From an uncultured Dehalococcoidia bacterium (GTDB taxonomy: Bacteria > Chloroflexota > Dehalococcoidia > Lucifugimonadales > CAZDRU01), in NCBI GenBank assembly GCA_964508175.1, contig CAZDRU010000029.1, forward strand, positions 18,510 to 82,509: a DNA stretch of 64,000 bases, read 5' to 3'. The notes under the pieces are model-generated. The model made no database searches. It was not told the origin of the DNA and saw nothing but the letters and a program-made list of their open reading frames with translations. The stretch's first letter is position 1, and every line of letters begins with the position of its first letter. A program made the position numbers and the translations under genes. Below, piece by piece: positions 9,044 through 20,163 of the stretch.

Positions 9044-11476
9044 TTAACTTTTTTCAGGTAATTCGATGTCAAAACGATTTAAGAATCGTTCTGTCTCTAA
9101 ACGTAATTTATTATTTTTATATAATGATGGATCATTGTTTAAGATTTTTTGAGCTTCATTACGAGCTGAAGAAATAATATTAGTATCATTTAAGTTTGCA
9201 ATCCTAAAATCGGGTAATCCGCTCTGTCTTGTTCCTAAGTAATCTCCAGGCCCTCTAAGTTTAAGATCTACTTCTGCTAATTCAAATCCATCATAGGATT
9301 TCTCCATAGCTTTTAATCTTTCCTCGGCAAATTCACCGGAAGTTTCAGCAACTAAAACACAATAACTTTTATGATCTCCTCTTCCTACTCTTCCTCGCAA
9401 TTGATGTAATTGAGATAAGCCAAATCTCTCCGCTGTTTCTATTAATATCACTGAAGCATTAGGTATATCTATTCCAACCTCAATTACAGGAGTACTAACA
9501 AGAATATTTATCCGATTATTTTTAAATTCTTGCATTATTTCATCTTTTTCTTTACTTTTCATTTTCCCATGTAAAAGTCCTATCTTTAATTCTGGGAAAA
9601 TCAACTTACTTAAACGTTCAAATTCTTCTTCTGCTGACTTAATTTGAAGACTTTCAGATTCAGATATTAAAGGACAAACTACAAATGCTTGTCTTCCAAG
9701 TTCTATTTGTTTTCTAAGAAATTTATAGGCTTTATGAATATCGCTTAATGGAATTAACTTTGTGGCAACTTTTTGTCTTCCTTTTGGTAATTGTCGTATC
9801 GTAGAAATATCAAGTTCGCCATAAAATGTCAAAGCTAAACTACGTGGTATAGGAGTTGCAGACATGGTTAATATATGAGGTAATAAATCTAAAGATTTTT
9901 CTCGTAATGAAGCTCTTTGCAAAACTCCAAAACGATGCTGTTCATCTATAACCGCTAATCCTAATTTAGGAATTAAAGTATCTTCTTGAATTAAAGATTG
10001 AGTTCCAACAACAATATCTATATCCCCCATACTAATCTTATTTCTCATCATTTGCTTTTCTTTCTGACTCATTCCTCCAGTAAGTAATCCAATGGTAATA
10101 CCATCTAGAAATTTATCATTATTTTCTAATTTAATAATATTCAATTCAGTTTTTACTGTTCCGAAATTTCTAAGTAATGCATCGAGTGTATTAAAATGTT
10201 GTTCAGCAAGAATTTCTGTAGGGGCCATTAAAACCGATTGAAATCCATTCTTTACACAAATAAGCATTGCTGTAAAAGCTACAACTGTTTTCCCACTCCC
10301 AACCTCTCCTTGTAATAACCTATTCATTGGAATTGATTTTTGATTCATATCATTTAAAATTTCTTTAATCACTTTCGATTGATCTTCGGTTAATTCAAAA
10401 GGAAACAAATTCACAATATATGAATAGAATACTTCATCAAAAACTAACATTGGAGTTTTTATATTCTGATTTTTTTTAGGTTTTTTTAACAGCAATCCTA
10501 ATTGTAATAACAAAAGCTCAGTGAAAACTAAAGTTCTTCGTGCAATCTCCGCATCCTTCATTGTAGAAGGATAATGCAACTTCATTATTGCTAAATTAAT
10601 ATCTAATAAATTTTGCTGTTTACGAATAGTTAAAGGAACAACTTCTGAAATACATTGCAAATAATTATCTAAAACAAATTTAGTTAATTTACGAATGTTT
10701 TTCCCTGAAAGTCCCTTTGTCAAAGGATACACCGGGACTAATCGTCCCGTATGAATTAACTCCTTACTATCAAATACAACTTCATATTCTGGAGACTGTA
10801 AAACATTTATACCTTTATATGATTTTACTTGACCACTAAAAACAAATTGAGATTTTGTTTTTAAATTTTTGGCTACAAAAGGCTGTCCATACCATACAGC
10901 CTTACAATTACCTGTTTCATCTCCTATTATTGCTTCAGTATCTTTTCTAAATGATTTTCCTCTCCTTAAAACCCGAGTTTCCCATACATTCGCAACAACT
11001 GTATGTATATTATCACTACTAATATCTCGAATTTTAGTAATCACCGAAAAGTCGCGATAATAATTGGGAGATAGATAAATTAAATCTTCAATACAATTTA
11101 GTCCTAATTTTTTTAATTTTCCAAGCAAACTTTTTCCTACTGTAGGAAGATTAGAAAGCGAACCAGATAATAGTTGAATATTTCTTTCATAATTACTAAA
11201 TTGTTCTTCCTCTTTAAAAGACGTAGAATCTATGTTCACATTCTTGGTTATAAGAAAATCATTTAATAATTTTACCCATTTTTTCCTTTGAGATTTATTC
11301 ATCTCAGTATAAGAAGAATCTAATAATTTCTTAAATGAAGATGAATTATTAATAACAAATAATTTTTCCTTATTGTTCTCAATAAAACGATCAATACCTC
11401 CACTAACTGAAACATTTGTCCAATTTTTCATTTCTTCAAGTTTAAGAATACTTAATAAAACTTCTCTATAATTCAT
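9044..11476 (-). CDS. recG: ATP-dependent DNA helicase RecG
   Basis: OB wedge region, Walker A GEVGSGKT, DEQH box VIDEQHRFG, helicase C motifs QLHQLRGRVGRG. Confidence 0.95.
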   Translation of the reverse strand: MNYREVLLSILKLEEMKNWTNVSVSGGIDRFIENNKEKLFVINNSSSFKKLLDSSYTEMNKSQRKKWVKLLNDFLITKNVNIDSTSFKEEEQFSNYERNIQLLSGSLSNLPTVGKSLLGKLKKLGLNCIEDLIYLSPNYYRDFSVITKIRDISSDNIHTVVANVWETRVLRRGKSFRKDTEAIIGDETGNCKAVWYGQPFVAKNLKTKSQFVFSGQVKSYKGINVLQSPEYEVVFDSKELIHTGRLVPVYPLTKGLSGKNIRKLTKFVLDNYLQCISEVVPLTIRKQQNLLDINLAIMKLHYPSTMKDAEIARRTLVFTELLLLQLGLLLKKPKKNQNIKTPMLVFDEVFYSYIVNLFPFELTEDQSKVIKEILNDMNQKSIPMNRLLQGEVGSGKTVVAFTAMLICVKNGFQSVLMAPTEILAEQHFNTLDALLRNFGTVKTELNIIKLENNDKFLDGITIGLLTGGMSQKEKQMMRNKISMGDIDIVVGTQSLIQEDTLIPKLGLAVIDEQHRFGVLQRASLREKSLDLLPHILTMSATPIPRSLALTFYGELDISTIRQLPKGRQKVATKLIPLSDIHKAYKFLRKQIELGRQAFVVCPLISESESLQIKSAEEEFERLSKLIFPELKIGLLHGKMKSKEKDEIMQEFKNNRINILVSTPVIEVGIDIPNASVILIETAERFGLSQLHQLRGRVGRGDHKSYCVLVAETSGEFAEERLKAMEKSYDGFELAEVDLKLRGPGDYLGTRQSGLPDFRIANLNDTNIISSARNEAQKILNNDPSLYKNNKLRLETERFLNRFDIELPEKS

Positions 11477-11521
11477 TCGAAATATCCCAATCAGATACTA
11501 GATGTAGAATGCTATGATATC

Positions 11522-13216
11522 TCACTCAATAGTTATAATATATAAAGATTGAGTCTGACCACCAAAAACTAGCTCTATTTCAATTGACGGAAATTCTTTT
11601 TGTAAGTCGGAAACTAAGTCGTTATCTGTAGATACATTCTTTTTCTGAGAATATACTGTTAAAAGTTCACTATCTTCATCAACTACCTTCTTAAGTCCTT
11701 TCTTAATCACACTAATAAGTATTTCCCCCCCACTTATTAATGTTTGATTATGAATACAAACAAAATCTCCTTGTTTTACGCTAAGAGAATTCATACTAAC
11801 ATCTTTAATAGCACTTGCAATTTCAATAGTATTAATCTCTCCTAATGATTGCTTCATTAATTCTATATTATTACTAAAACTTTCATCTTCATCATAATTA
11901 AACATTGCCGTTAAACCTTCTGGTAAACTTCGTGATTGAATAACTTCAACTTTTTTGTCAACTAATCGAACTGCTTCATTACAAACTGCAAAATTATTTT
12001 TATCATTAGCAAGCAGAATTATTGAATTTGAATTAGCTTTTGCCAACATTTCATGTATCTCTTCAACACTAGGGTTCATTATTTTCCCATTGCCAACAAT
12101 ACCAAAACAACCCTGTTCCTTATATAGTTGATTGAAACCATCTCCAGAAGAAATAGCTATAACTAAATGATCAACAAATGTTGTAATTTCTGTTTGATTT
12201 GATTCTAAAACTTCATCATGTTGTTCATCCATATTTTGCATAGTAGCGGATTGAACAGTTCCTACAGAAATTAAATAATTTAATCCATCACCTGGTAATT
12301 CCGCATGAAAATGAATTTTTAACAAACTTTCTGTTCCAGCAACTACTACAGAATTTGATATTGATTCTAAATGCTTACGTATTTCCGTAGATTCAATACT
12401 TGAATCTTTCAATAATATTTCTGAACAATAACCATATTCTTCTTCAATTGTTGATTCCAAAAATTCTCGACTAATAACTTTTTTATTATTCGATATTATT
12501 GGTTTTAATGTTTTGTTATAAAACGAAAGTTCTTCTATATTTTGATCATTAATCACCGCTAACAAAGCTACAAAAATATGTAAAATACCTTGTCCTCCAG
12601 CATCAACAACTTTAGCTTGTTTTAAAATTGATAACTGTTCTGGAGTTTTTTGTAAAGCATCATATGCTTGATTAACAATTGATTCGGATATTATAGAAAA
12701 GTCCATTACTCCATCATTTATCAAAATTTTAACTATTTCTTCTATTGAACGTATGACAGAAAGCATTGTACCTTCTTGAGGATTACTAACAGCTTGATAA
12801 GAATTTTCACGGGCAAGAATTAAAGCTTCCAAAAATCCTTTTGGCAACAATGAACCAGAATCACTAAATAAATTATTCGACTTATCAAGATAGCTTTTCT
12901 CAATCCCCTGAAAAACACCTTGAAACATTTGTGCAAGAATAACTCCACTATTGCCTCTAGCACCCATTAAAGCACCTTTACTCACTGATTCTACAATAGA
13001 TTTCATATCAACTGATGATTTATCCATATACTCACATACAGATTTCATAGTAAGAAACATATTAGTCCCAGTATCACCATCTGGGACTGGAAAAACATTC
13101 AAATTATTAATTTGTTCTTTTGTTTCATTTAAAAAATCCGTTGCTTTTAAAATCCACTTACGAAAAGTTTCATTATTTAATTCTCGTATTACAATTTTTT
13201 TTTCTTTTTTTATCAT
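11522..13216 (-). CDS. DAK2 domain fusion protein (YloV-like)
   Basis: Dak2 motif VFPVPDGDTGTNM near the N-terminus plus a C-terminal DegV-like half. Conserved position between recG and rpmB. Confidence 0.85.
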   Translation of the reverse strand: MIKKEKKIVIRELNNETFRKWILKATDFLNETKEQINNLNVFPVPDGDTGTNMFLTMKSVCEYMDKSSVDMKSIVESVSKGALMGARGNSGVILAQMFQGVFQGIEKSYLDKSNNLFSDSGSLLPKGFLEALILARENSYQAVSNPQEGTMLSVIRSIEEIVKILINDGVMDFSIISESIVNQAYDALQKTPEQLSILKQAKVVDAGGQGILHIFVALLAVINDQNIEELSFYNKTLKPIISNNKKVISREFLESTIEEEYGYCSEILLKDSSIESTEIRKHLESISNSVVVAGTESLLKIHFHAELPGDGLNYLISVGTVQSATMQNMDEQHDEVLESNQTEITTFVDHLVIAISSGDGFNQLYKEQGCFGIVGNGKIMNPSVEEIHEMLAKANSNSIILLANDKNNFAVCNEAVRLVDKKVEVIQSRSLPEGLTAMFNYDEDESFSNNIELMKQSLGEINTIEIASAIKDVSMNSLSVKQGDFVCIHNQTLISGGEILISVIKKGLKKVVDEDSELLTVYSQKKNVSTDNDLVSDLQKEFPSIEIELVFGGQTQSLYIITIE

Positions 13217-13303
13217 TGTTCGAATCTCACCAATTATGATAGTATAGTTTTCGCGTAATTTTACAAGATCAAATAATATTCAGTCAAAAAAAAGGAAAAA
13301 AAA

Positions 13304-13489
13304 GTGGCTTCATGTTCTTTATGTAATAAAAGAAGTACTGCTGGTAATACAGTTAGTCATTCGAATCGACACACGAAACGTCGATTTTATATGAATACAA
13401 GAAAAATGCGAATTGACATTAATGGAAAGAATGAAAGAAGAACAATTTGCATGAGTTGCCTAAAAACAATGTACAAGCCTCGAGTTTAA
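13304..13489 (+). CDS. rpmB: 50S ribosomal protein L28 (zinc-ribbon C+ form)
   Basis: GTG start. CSLC...GNTVSHSNRHTKRRF...CMSC: L28 core motif with two CxxC pairs. Confidence 0.9.
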   Translation: MASCSLCNKRSTAGNTVSHSNRHTKRRFYMNTRKMRIDINGKNERRTICMSCLKTMYKPRV

Positions 13490-13509
13490 CAACTCTATAA
13501 AAGAAAATT

Positions 13510-14184
13510 CTATCGTTGAGCAGCTTCTAATAATCTTTTCATATTATAGCTAATTTTTGAATAATCAGAAAAAACTGCCGTTCCAGCAACTAGTATATCT
13601 GCACCTTTATCAATAACAAGAGATATATTTTGATGATTTACTCCGCCATCAACTTGTATCTCCGTTTGATATCCAAAATTGTTAATAATATCCTTTAAAC
13701 GTTTAACTTTCTCCAAAGTTTCAGGTATTAATTTTTGTCCAGCAAATCCAGGATCAACAGTTGCAACAAGGAGTACATCAACAAGAGGAAGTATTTCTTC
13801 TATAGCAGAAATAGGTGTAGCAGGATTAATGCCAACTCCTACATTAAGTCCCAATTCTTTAATTTTGTAAATAGTTCTATGAAGATGTTTGCAAGTTTCT
13901 TGATGAACAGTTAAATGGTTTGCTCCAGCTGAATGAAATGCTGAAAGAAATTGTTCAGGTTCTTCTATCATTAAATGAACATCTAAATCAATATTAGTAA
14001 CCTTTCTTAACGCTTCAACCACTAATGGACCAACAGTCAAATTTGGAACAAATTTCCCATCCATAACATCAATATGAATTCTATCTGCTCCTGATTTAAC
14101 CACTTCTTGAACATTCCGTCCGAGATCAGCAAAATCTGCTGAAAGAATCGATGGAGCTATTCGTATGTCATTCAACTTAGTCAT
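13510..14184 (-). CDS. rpe: ribulose-phosphate 3-epimerase
   Basis: IAPSILSADFADLG, HIDVMDGKFVPNLT, VDGG motifs. Start overlaps the argH stop by 8 nt. Confidence 0.95.
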   Translation of the reverse strand: MTKLNDIRIAPSILSADFADLGRNVQEVVKSGADRIHIDVMDGKFVPNLTVGPLVVEALRKVTNIDLDVHLMIEEPEQFLSAFHSAGANHLTVHQETCKHLHRTIYKIKELGLNVGVGINPATPISAIEEILPLVDVLLVATVDPGFAGQKLIPETLEKVKRLKDIINNFGYQTEIQVDGGVNHQNISLVIDKGADILVAGTAVFSDYSKISYNMKRLLEAAQR

Positions 14185-15565
14185 TTAACTTCTTATAATA
14201 TTTCAAAGCTTTTTTCAATTGTTCTGGTGAAGTTCCACCAATTGTATTTCTTCTCTTAATAGCATCTATGGGCGTTAATTTTAAAATATTTGCAAAAATA
14301 GAGGTTTTTAAATATTTCAAAACTTCTGCAGAATTTACTGTATCGATATAATTGCTAAGAGTATTATATTCATCAGGTTTTATATCAGAAAGATTTTTGT
14401 CATTTTCTCTAGCATAACGACATAATTTAGATATGTAATGATAAGCTTGTCTAAATGGAATTTTAAATGATTGCACCATCAAATCAGCGAAATCTGTAGC
14501 TAGCAATTCAGGGTCAGAAACTAATTTATTTGCTCTGTCTTTATTAATTTTCATAGTATCAACCATTGAAACAAAAATGGTTAATGTATTTTTTACAGTG
14601 TCTATTGTATCGAAAAGATTTTCTTTGTCCTCTTGTAAATCCCTATTATAAGCATGAGGTAAGCCTTTCAATATGGTAAGTAAAGAAACTAGATTACCTA
14701 TAACTCTTCCAGACTTTCCCCTGCCAAGTTCAGCATAATCTGGATTTCGTTTTTGAGGCATCATACTACTTCCAGTAACATATTTTTCTGATAAAGATAT
14801 TAAATCAAATTCTTTTGTAGACCATAAAATCAACTCTTCAGCAAGTTGGGAAATATGTATCATTATCATAGCGCATGAATAATGCAAATCACTTACAAAA
14901 TCTCTGTCAGAAACGGCATCAATACTATTTAAACTAATTTCTTTAAAATTAAGTTTTTTCTTTAGGAATTCTCTATCAGTATTAAAAGTAGTTCCTGCTA
15001 AAGCTCCACTACCTAAAGGAAGAATATCTGTACGAATATATGCTTCCTTTAATCTCGAAATATCTCTTGTTAAAGCCTCAACATGTGCCAAAAATTGATG
15101 TGCAATTAAAATTGGTTGTGCTCGTTGAAGATGTGTATATCCAGGTATAATAATTTCAACTGTTTCCTCAGCTTTATTAATTAGTGAATTTTGTAAGTTT
15201 TTAACTAATTTACTTAATTCACTAATTGAATCTTTTACAAACATTCGCAAATCCGTAACTACTTGATCATTTCTTGAACGAGCAGTATGCATTTTCCCAG
15301 CAATTGGACCAATGATTTCAAAAAGTCTATTTTCAATATTCATATGTAAATCTTCTAACGATTCATCCCACACAAAAGAATCATTTTCAATTTCAACTTC
15401 TATATCATTTAAACCTTTAACAATCAAAGCCAATTCTTTTGCAGAAATAATACTGATATGATGCAACATCTCTACATGAGCGATAGACCCTTTAATATCA
15501 TATTTAAAAAGCCTGCGATCAAAATTTATCGAACCAGAAAATTTTTTTGGATCTAGATCATTCAC
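14177..15565 (-). CDS. argH: argininosuccinate lyase
   Basis: Fumarate-lyase signatures TARSRNDQV and GSSMMPQKRNPD. Confidence 0.95.
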   Translation of the reverse strand: MNDLDPKKFSGSINFDRRLFKYDIKGSIAHVEMLHHISIISAKELALIVKGLNDIEVEIENDSFVWDESLEDLHMNIENRLFEIIGPIAGKMHTARSRNDQVVTDLRMFVKDSISELSKLVKNLQNSLINKAEETVEIIIPGYTHLQRAQPILIAHQFLAHVEALTRDISRLKEAYIRTDILPLGSGALAGTTFNTDREFLKKKLNFKEISLNSIDAVSDRDFVSDLHYSCAMIMIHISQLAEELILWSTKEFDLISLSEKYVTGSSMMPQKRNPDYAELGRGKSGRVIGNLVSLLTILKGLPHAYNRDLQEDKENLFDTIDTVKNTLTIFVSMVDTMKINKDRANKLVSDPELLATDFADLMVQSFKIPFRQAYHYISKLCRYARENDKNLSDIKPDEYNTLSNYIDTVNSAEVLKYLKTSIFANILKLTPIDAIKRRNTIGGTSPEQLKKALKYYKKLND

Positions 15566-15577
15566 AAAAACCCTTCT

Positions 15578-16777
15578 TTAATTATCCTTATTTTTTTGTA
15601 TTTTTTTCTGCAAAGTGGTTGGCAAAGAAAATATTTTAATAAAACCAACTGCAGACTTATGATCGAAACTGTCCGAATCATCATAAGTAGCTAATTGATA
15701 ATCATAAAGAGAATATTTCGACTTTCTTCCTATTACAATACAATTGCCTTTATGAAACTTAACTTTTACAGTTCCAGAAACAAATCGTTGTGTATTTTGA
15801 AGATACGCTTCAAGATTTTCTCTATGTTGTGAATACCATAGCCCATTATAAACAAGTTCAGAATATTCAATTCCAACTTGGCGTTTAAAACGCAATTGAT
15901 TTTTACTAAGACTCAAAGACTCCAATGAACTAAGAGCTTCATGAAGAACGATTGCAGCAGGACATTCATAAACTTCCCGAGATTTAATTCCAACTAATCT
16001 ATCTTCAATATGATCAATTCTTCCTATACCATTTTCTCCTGCTCTAATATTAAAAAATTCTATTATTTCAACCAAATTCATTTGTTTATTATCAATCGTT
16101 TTAGGAATTCCTTCTTCAAAATATATTTCATATTCTGTAGATTGTTCTGAAGTCTCTTCTATAGATTTTGTCCATTCAAAAGCCCCTTCAGGGGGAATAT
16201 TCCAAGGATCTTCTAAAATTCCTGACTCAATCGCTCTACCCCAAAGATTTTCATCAATAGAAAAATTTGATGGTTTCGTTTCTATAGGAAGAGAATGAGT
16301 TTTTGCATATTCTAATTCCATATCACGACTCATTCCCCATTCTCTTATTGGTGCTATAATTTTTAAATTAGAATTTAATGCAGCAATTGATACTTCTATT
16401 CTCACTTGGTCATTGCCCTTCCCAGTACAACCATGAGCAATATAAACCGCATTTTCTTTGTTAGCTACATCAACTAAACATTTTGCAATCAAAGGCCTTC
16501 CAAGGGCAGTTGCCAATGGATATTTATCTTGATAAATTGCTCCCGCGACTAAAGATTTACTAATATATTCTTCAGTAAATTCTTGCTTTGCATCAATTCC
16601 AATTGCCTTTATTGCACCACAAGCTAATGCTCGATCAGTAATCGTTTTCAAATTTACCATTCCCAAATCGATACTAACAGTTATTATTTCTACGTTATAA
16701 TTTTCTTTAAGCCACGGAATAGCTACTGATGTATCTAATCCGCCGCTATAAGCCAATATTAATTTGTCTTTATTCAT
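15578..16777 (-). CDS. argG: argininosuccinate synthase
   Basis: AYSGGLDTS P-loop-like motif and GCTGKGNDQVR. Confidence 0.95.
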   Translation of the reverse strand: MNKDKLILAYSGGLDTSVAIPWLKENYNVEIITVSIDLGMVNLKTITDRALACGAIKAIGIDAKQEFTEEYISKSLVAGAIYQDKYPLATALGRPLIAKCLVDVANKENAVYIAHGCTGKGNDQVRIEVSIAALNSNLKIIAPIREWGMSRDMELEYAKTHSLPIETKPSNFSIDENLWGRAIESGILEDPWNIPPEGAFEWTKSIEETSEQSTEYEIYFEEGIPKTIDNKQMNLVEIIEFFNIRAGENGIGRIDHIEDRLVGIKSREVYECPAAIVLHEALSSLESLSLSKNQLRFKRQVGIEYSELVYNGLWYSQHRENLEAYLQNTQRFVSGTVKVKFHKGNCIVIGRKSKYSLYDYQLATYDDSDSFDHKSAVGFIKIFSLPTTLQKKIQKNKDN

Positions 16778-16797
16778 TCGTATTCTTAACTCCTAAA

Positions 16798-17988
16798 TTA
16801 ATATTTCTCTTGAAGCAATGTTTTTTTGATTATTTTCACAGATTTATTAATATCTTCTTCATTAATAATTAATGGAGGCATTAATCTGATGGCATTAGGT
16901 TTTACAGGATTTGTTAATAATCCATTTGCATTTAATTCTTGCACTAAATTAGCAGAAATATCATCAGTAAATTCAATGGCAAGTAATAAACCAACTCCTC
17001 TAATTTCTTTTACGATATTTAAATTGCCAATTTCTTGTTGTAATGTAAGTTTTAGTTTCTTGCCAATATCTTTTGCATGATTGGATATATTATTTTTAAC
17101 AATATACTCTGTTGAAGCAAAAGCTGCAGCAGTAGCTAAAGCATTACCTCCAAAAGTAGAACCATGATCACCAGGTTCTAATTTCATTACTCGATCTTTA
17201 CTCAAAAAAGCGCCTATTGGAACTCCATTCCCAAGTGCTTTTCCTAAAGTTATAACATCGGGTTCAACATTAAAATATTGGTATCCAAAAAGTGTTCCTA
17301 TTCGGCCTAATCCAGTCTGAACTTCATCTAAAATGAATAATAAATCATGTTTAACACACCACTCTTTAACACGTGATAAATAATCAATGTCTGGAATATT
17401 TACCCCACCTTCCCCTTGTATTGGTTCTAACATAACAGCAACTGTGTTTTTGTTAGTTGCTGTTTTAATAGCTTCAAAATCGTTATAAGGAACATGTGTA
17501 AATCCTGGTAAAAGAGGTTTGAAAGTTTCTTGATATTTAGGTTGTCCAGTAGCAGCTAAAGTAGCTTGTGTTCGACCATGAAATGAATTTAATGCTGTTA
17601 TTATTTCAAAAGCACCATTCTTTTCAGTTTTACCATATTTTTTTGCTAATTTGCAGGCTCCTTCAACTGCTTCTGCCCCACTATTACAGAAAAAAACTTT
17701 ATCCAAACAACTTTGCTCAACCAATATTTCAGCTAACAAAAGTTGTGGTTTTGTATAAAACTGATTGGAAGTTTGAAGAAGTGTTTCAGATTGTTTTTTT
17801 ATCATGTTTGTAACTGATGGATGACAATGTCCTAAATTTGTTACAGCCCATCCAGCTGTAAAATCTAAATATTCTTTTCCTTCAACATCCCAAACATGTA
17901 CTCCCGCAGCCTTGTCTATAACAACAGGTTGCCTACGAACAGTAAACATATAATACTTTTTTTCTTTTTCTATCCAATTTATTGACAT
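16798..17988 (-). CDS. argD: acetylornithine aminotransferase (class III PLP aminotransferase)
   Basis: LDEVQTGLGRIGTLF and TLGKALGNG (PLP lysine context). Sits inside the arg operon. Confidence 0.9.
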   Translation of the reverse strand: MSINWIEKEKKYYMFTVRRQPVVIDKAAGVHVWDVEGKEYLDFTAGWAVTNLGHCHPSVTNMIKKQSETLLQTSNQFYTKPQLLLAEILVEQSCLDKVFFCNSGAEAVEGACKLAKKYGKTEKNGAFEIITALNSFHGRTQATLAATGQPKYQETFKPLLPGFTHVPYNDFEAIKTATNKNTVAVMLEPIQGEGGVNIPDIDYLSRVKEWCVKHDLLFILDEVQTGLGRIGTLFGYQYFNVEPDVITLGKALGNGVPIGAFLSKDRVMKLEPGDHGSTFGGNALATAAAFASTEYIVKNNISNHAKDIGKKLKLTLQQEIGNLNIVKEIRGVGLLLAIEFTDDISANLVQELNANGLLTNPVKPNAIRLMPPLIINEEDINKSVKIIKKTLLQEKY

Positions 17989-18086
17989 ATAACTTCCTTT
18001 AAATTAATTACTAGAAAAATTATAAACCTATTTCTCTATATAACAAAGATTCTAAATTTACTATAGAACCAACTCTCCTAAAAATT

Positions 18087-18866
18087 TTACTTTATAAAAG
18101 TCCCGGGAGGATTATCACTCATGCAATTTAATATCACATGTTGCTTTCTCCCATCAACAATATGAATTTCTACATTTTTCTTTAATGCTTCTAAACACGC
18201 TTGTAACTTAGGAAGCATACCTCCTCTAGCAACACCGGTATCTATCATATTTTGTGCTTGTTCTCGAGATAATTTACGTATTAATCTACCTGAAGCATCT
18301 AAAACTCCTTCAACATCAGTCAAAAAAATTAATTTTTTTGCTTTCAATTTTGTAGCAAGAGCTCCTGCTGCTTCATCAGCATTAACATTTAATATGCGAC
18401 TTTCTTGTTTTGTTTCTTTACTTAATAAATATCCTATAGGAGCAATAACAGGAATAATACGTAATTTAAATAAAGTTACCAATAAATCAACGTTAATATT
18501 AACAACTTTTCCGACGTACCCTAACATTTCATCTATTAATTCACATTCAAGAATTTTAGAATCAACGCCAGATAATCCAAGAACTTTAGTATTTAAAGTA
18601 TTTAATTCTGAAACTATTCTTTTATTCAATAATCCAGCAAGTGTTGCAGTTACAATATCAATCACGTCTGAATCTGTAACCCTAAGACCTTTAACAAATC
18701 TAGGCCTTTTACCAAGCAAAGCCATCCATTCTGATATTATATTTCCTCCTCCATGAACAATTAATAAAGGTGTTTCCATGGAGTAAAGCTGTCCTATGTC
18801 TCTTGTTGAAGTATCAGAATTACCAAGAGCATTTCCACCAACTTTAATTACAACTAAATTTTGCAA
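18087..18866 (-). CDS. argB: acetylglutamate kinase
   Basis: VVIKVGGNAL, LIVHGGG, amino-acid kinase fold. TTG start. Confidence 0.9.
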   Translation of the reverse strand: MQNLVVIKVGGNALGNSDTSTRDIGQLYSMETPLLIVHGGGNIISEWMALLGKRPRFVKGLRVTDSDVIDIVTATLAGLLNKRIVSELNTLNTKVLGLSGVDSKILECELIDEMLGYVGKVVNINVDLLVTLFKLRIIPVIAPIGYLLSKETKQESRILNVNADEAAGALATKLKAKKLIFLTDVEGVLDASGRLIRKLSREQAQNMIDTGVARGGMLPKLQACLEALKKNVEIHIVDGRKQHVILNCMSDNPPGTFIK

Positions 18867-18945
18867 CGGTTCACCACTCTAATTCAAAATGGAATATTCT
18901 TATTAATATAAATCAAGAGAAAGTTACAATAAAAATCTAAACAAA

Positions 18946-20163
18946 TTATGTAGTATACATACTATTAAATGTAACGTATTCCTCGCTTAAATCACTTCCC
19001 CAAGCAGTGGCTGTAAATTTGCCATTATTGAATTTAATATGAATATTAACGTCTTGTTTATTCATCGCACCAATTGCTCCTTCTTTATGAAATGGCACCG
19101 GAATTCCGTTTTCAAACATACAAACTCCATTTATATTAAGAGTAATTTTGTTTTCATCTATACTTATTCCAGAACGTCCTACTGCTGCTAAAATCCTTCC
19201 CCAGTTAGGGTCAGAACCATGTATTGCTGTTTTTACCAAAGTCGAAGAAATAATTGTTCTAGCAATAGATCGTGCATCTTCTACAGAAGAACATCCTTCG
19301 ATGTTTACTTCTATGAATTTTTGAGCTCCCTCAGCATCTCCTACTATTTCTTTAGCAAGATATATACAAAGTTGATTCAATGCCTGTTGAAAAGAATCAC
19401 CATTGCTAGTAGTAAAATCAATATCTTTAACCTTCGAAGTTCCATTAGCTAACATAATCACACTATCATTAGTACTTGTATCTCCATCAACTGAAATCAT
19501 ATTAAAAGAAACATCGACTGCTTTTCTTAAACATGAAGCAATATCTTTTTCAGAAATTGCTGCATCAGTTGTAATAAAAGCAAGCATAGTAGCCATATTT
19601 GGATGAATCATCCCTGCACCTTTAGCAATGCCACCTATTGTCACCTTTTTATTATCTAATTCAAAACTTATAGAAGCTTGTTTGGTTTTTGTATCAGTTG
19701 TTAAAATCGCTTCAGCAAGACGATCGCCTCCATCATTCGAAAGATCTATTTCAGCAAGGCCTTTTCGTATTAGATCAACTGGCAATTCTACGCCTATTAT
19801 TCCAGTACTACATATTACTAGTTCGTCTGGCAAAAGTTGCATATGTTTTGCAGCAACATTGACACATTCTTCTGCATCAATCATACCCTGATTCCCAACA
19901 CAAGCATTTGCTATCCCACTATTAACAACTACTCCTTGTATCGAACCTTTCTTTAAATTTCTCTCGGATAATGTAACCGAATGAGATCTAATTTTATTTT
20001 TAGTAAATACTCCTGCAGAACTACACTTAACTTCAGATCTTAATAAACCAAGATCCAATTTTGATTCAGCAAATGTTTTAAGTCCAGCATAAGTCCCCCC
20101 TGCAATAAAACTTTTTGGGGAAGTTACATTACCTTTTGGATCCAATTTATATAATTCAGACAT
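18946..20163 (-). CDS. argJ: bifunctional glutamate N-acetyltransferase / amino-acid acetyltransferase ArgJ
   Basis: Autoproteolysis/active-site region HPNMATMLAFITTDA and C-terminal SEEYVTFNSMYTT, typical of ArgJ. Confidence 0.95.
   Translation of the reverse strand: MSELYKLDPKGNVTSPKSFIAGGTYAGLKTFAESKLDLGLLRSEVKCSSAGVFTKNKIRSHSVTLSERNLKKGSIQGVVVNSGIANACVGNQGMIDAEECVNVAAKHMQLLPDELVICSTGIIGVELPVDLIRKGLAEIDLSNDGGDRLAEAILTTDTKTKQASISFELDNKKVTIGGIAKGAGMIHPNMATMLAFITTDAAISEKDIASCLRKAVDVSFNMISVDGDTSTNDSVIMLANGTSKVKDIDFTTSNGDSFQQALNQLCIYLAKEIVGDAEGAQKFIEVNIEGCSSVEDARSIARTIISSTLVKTAIHGSDPNWGRILAAVGRSGISIDENKITLNINGVCMFENGIPVPFHKEGAIGAMNKQDVNIHIKFNNGKFTATAWGSDLSEEYVTFNSMYTT

Noticed and set aside
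13219-13243. tRNA-like T-loop string GTTCGAATC followed by TCACCA
   Set aside because: No matching acceptor, D or anticodon stems around it. It lies at the 5' edge of the DAK2 gene/promoter region. No tRNA could be folded.
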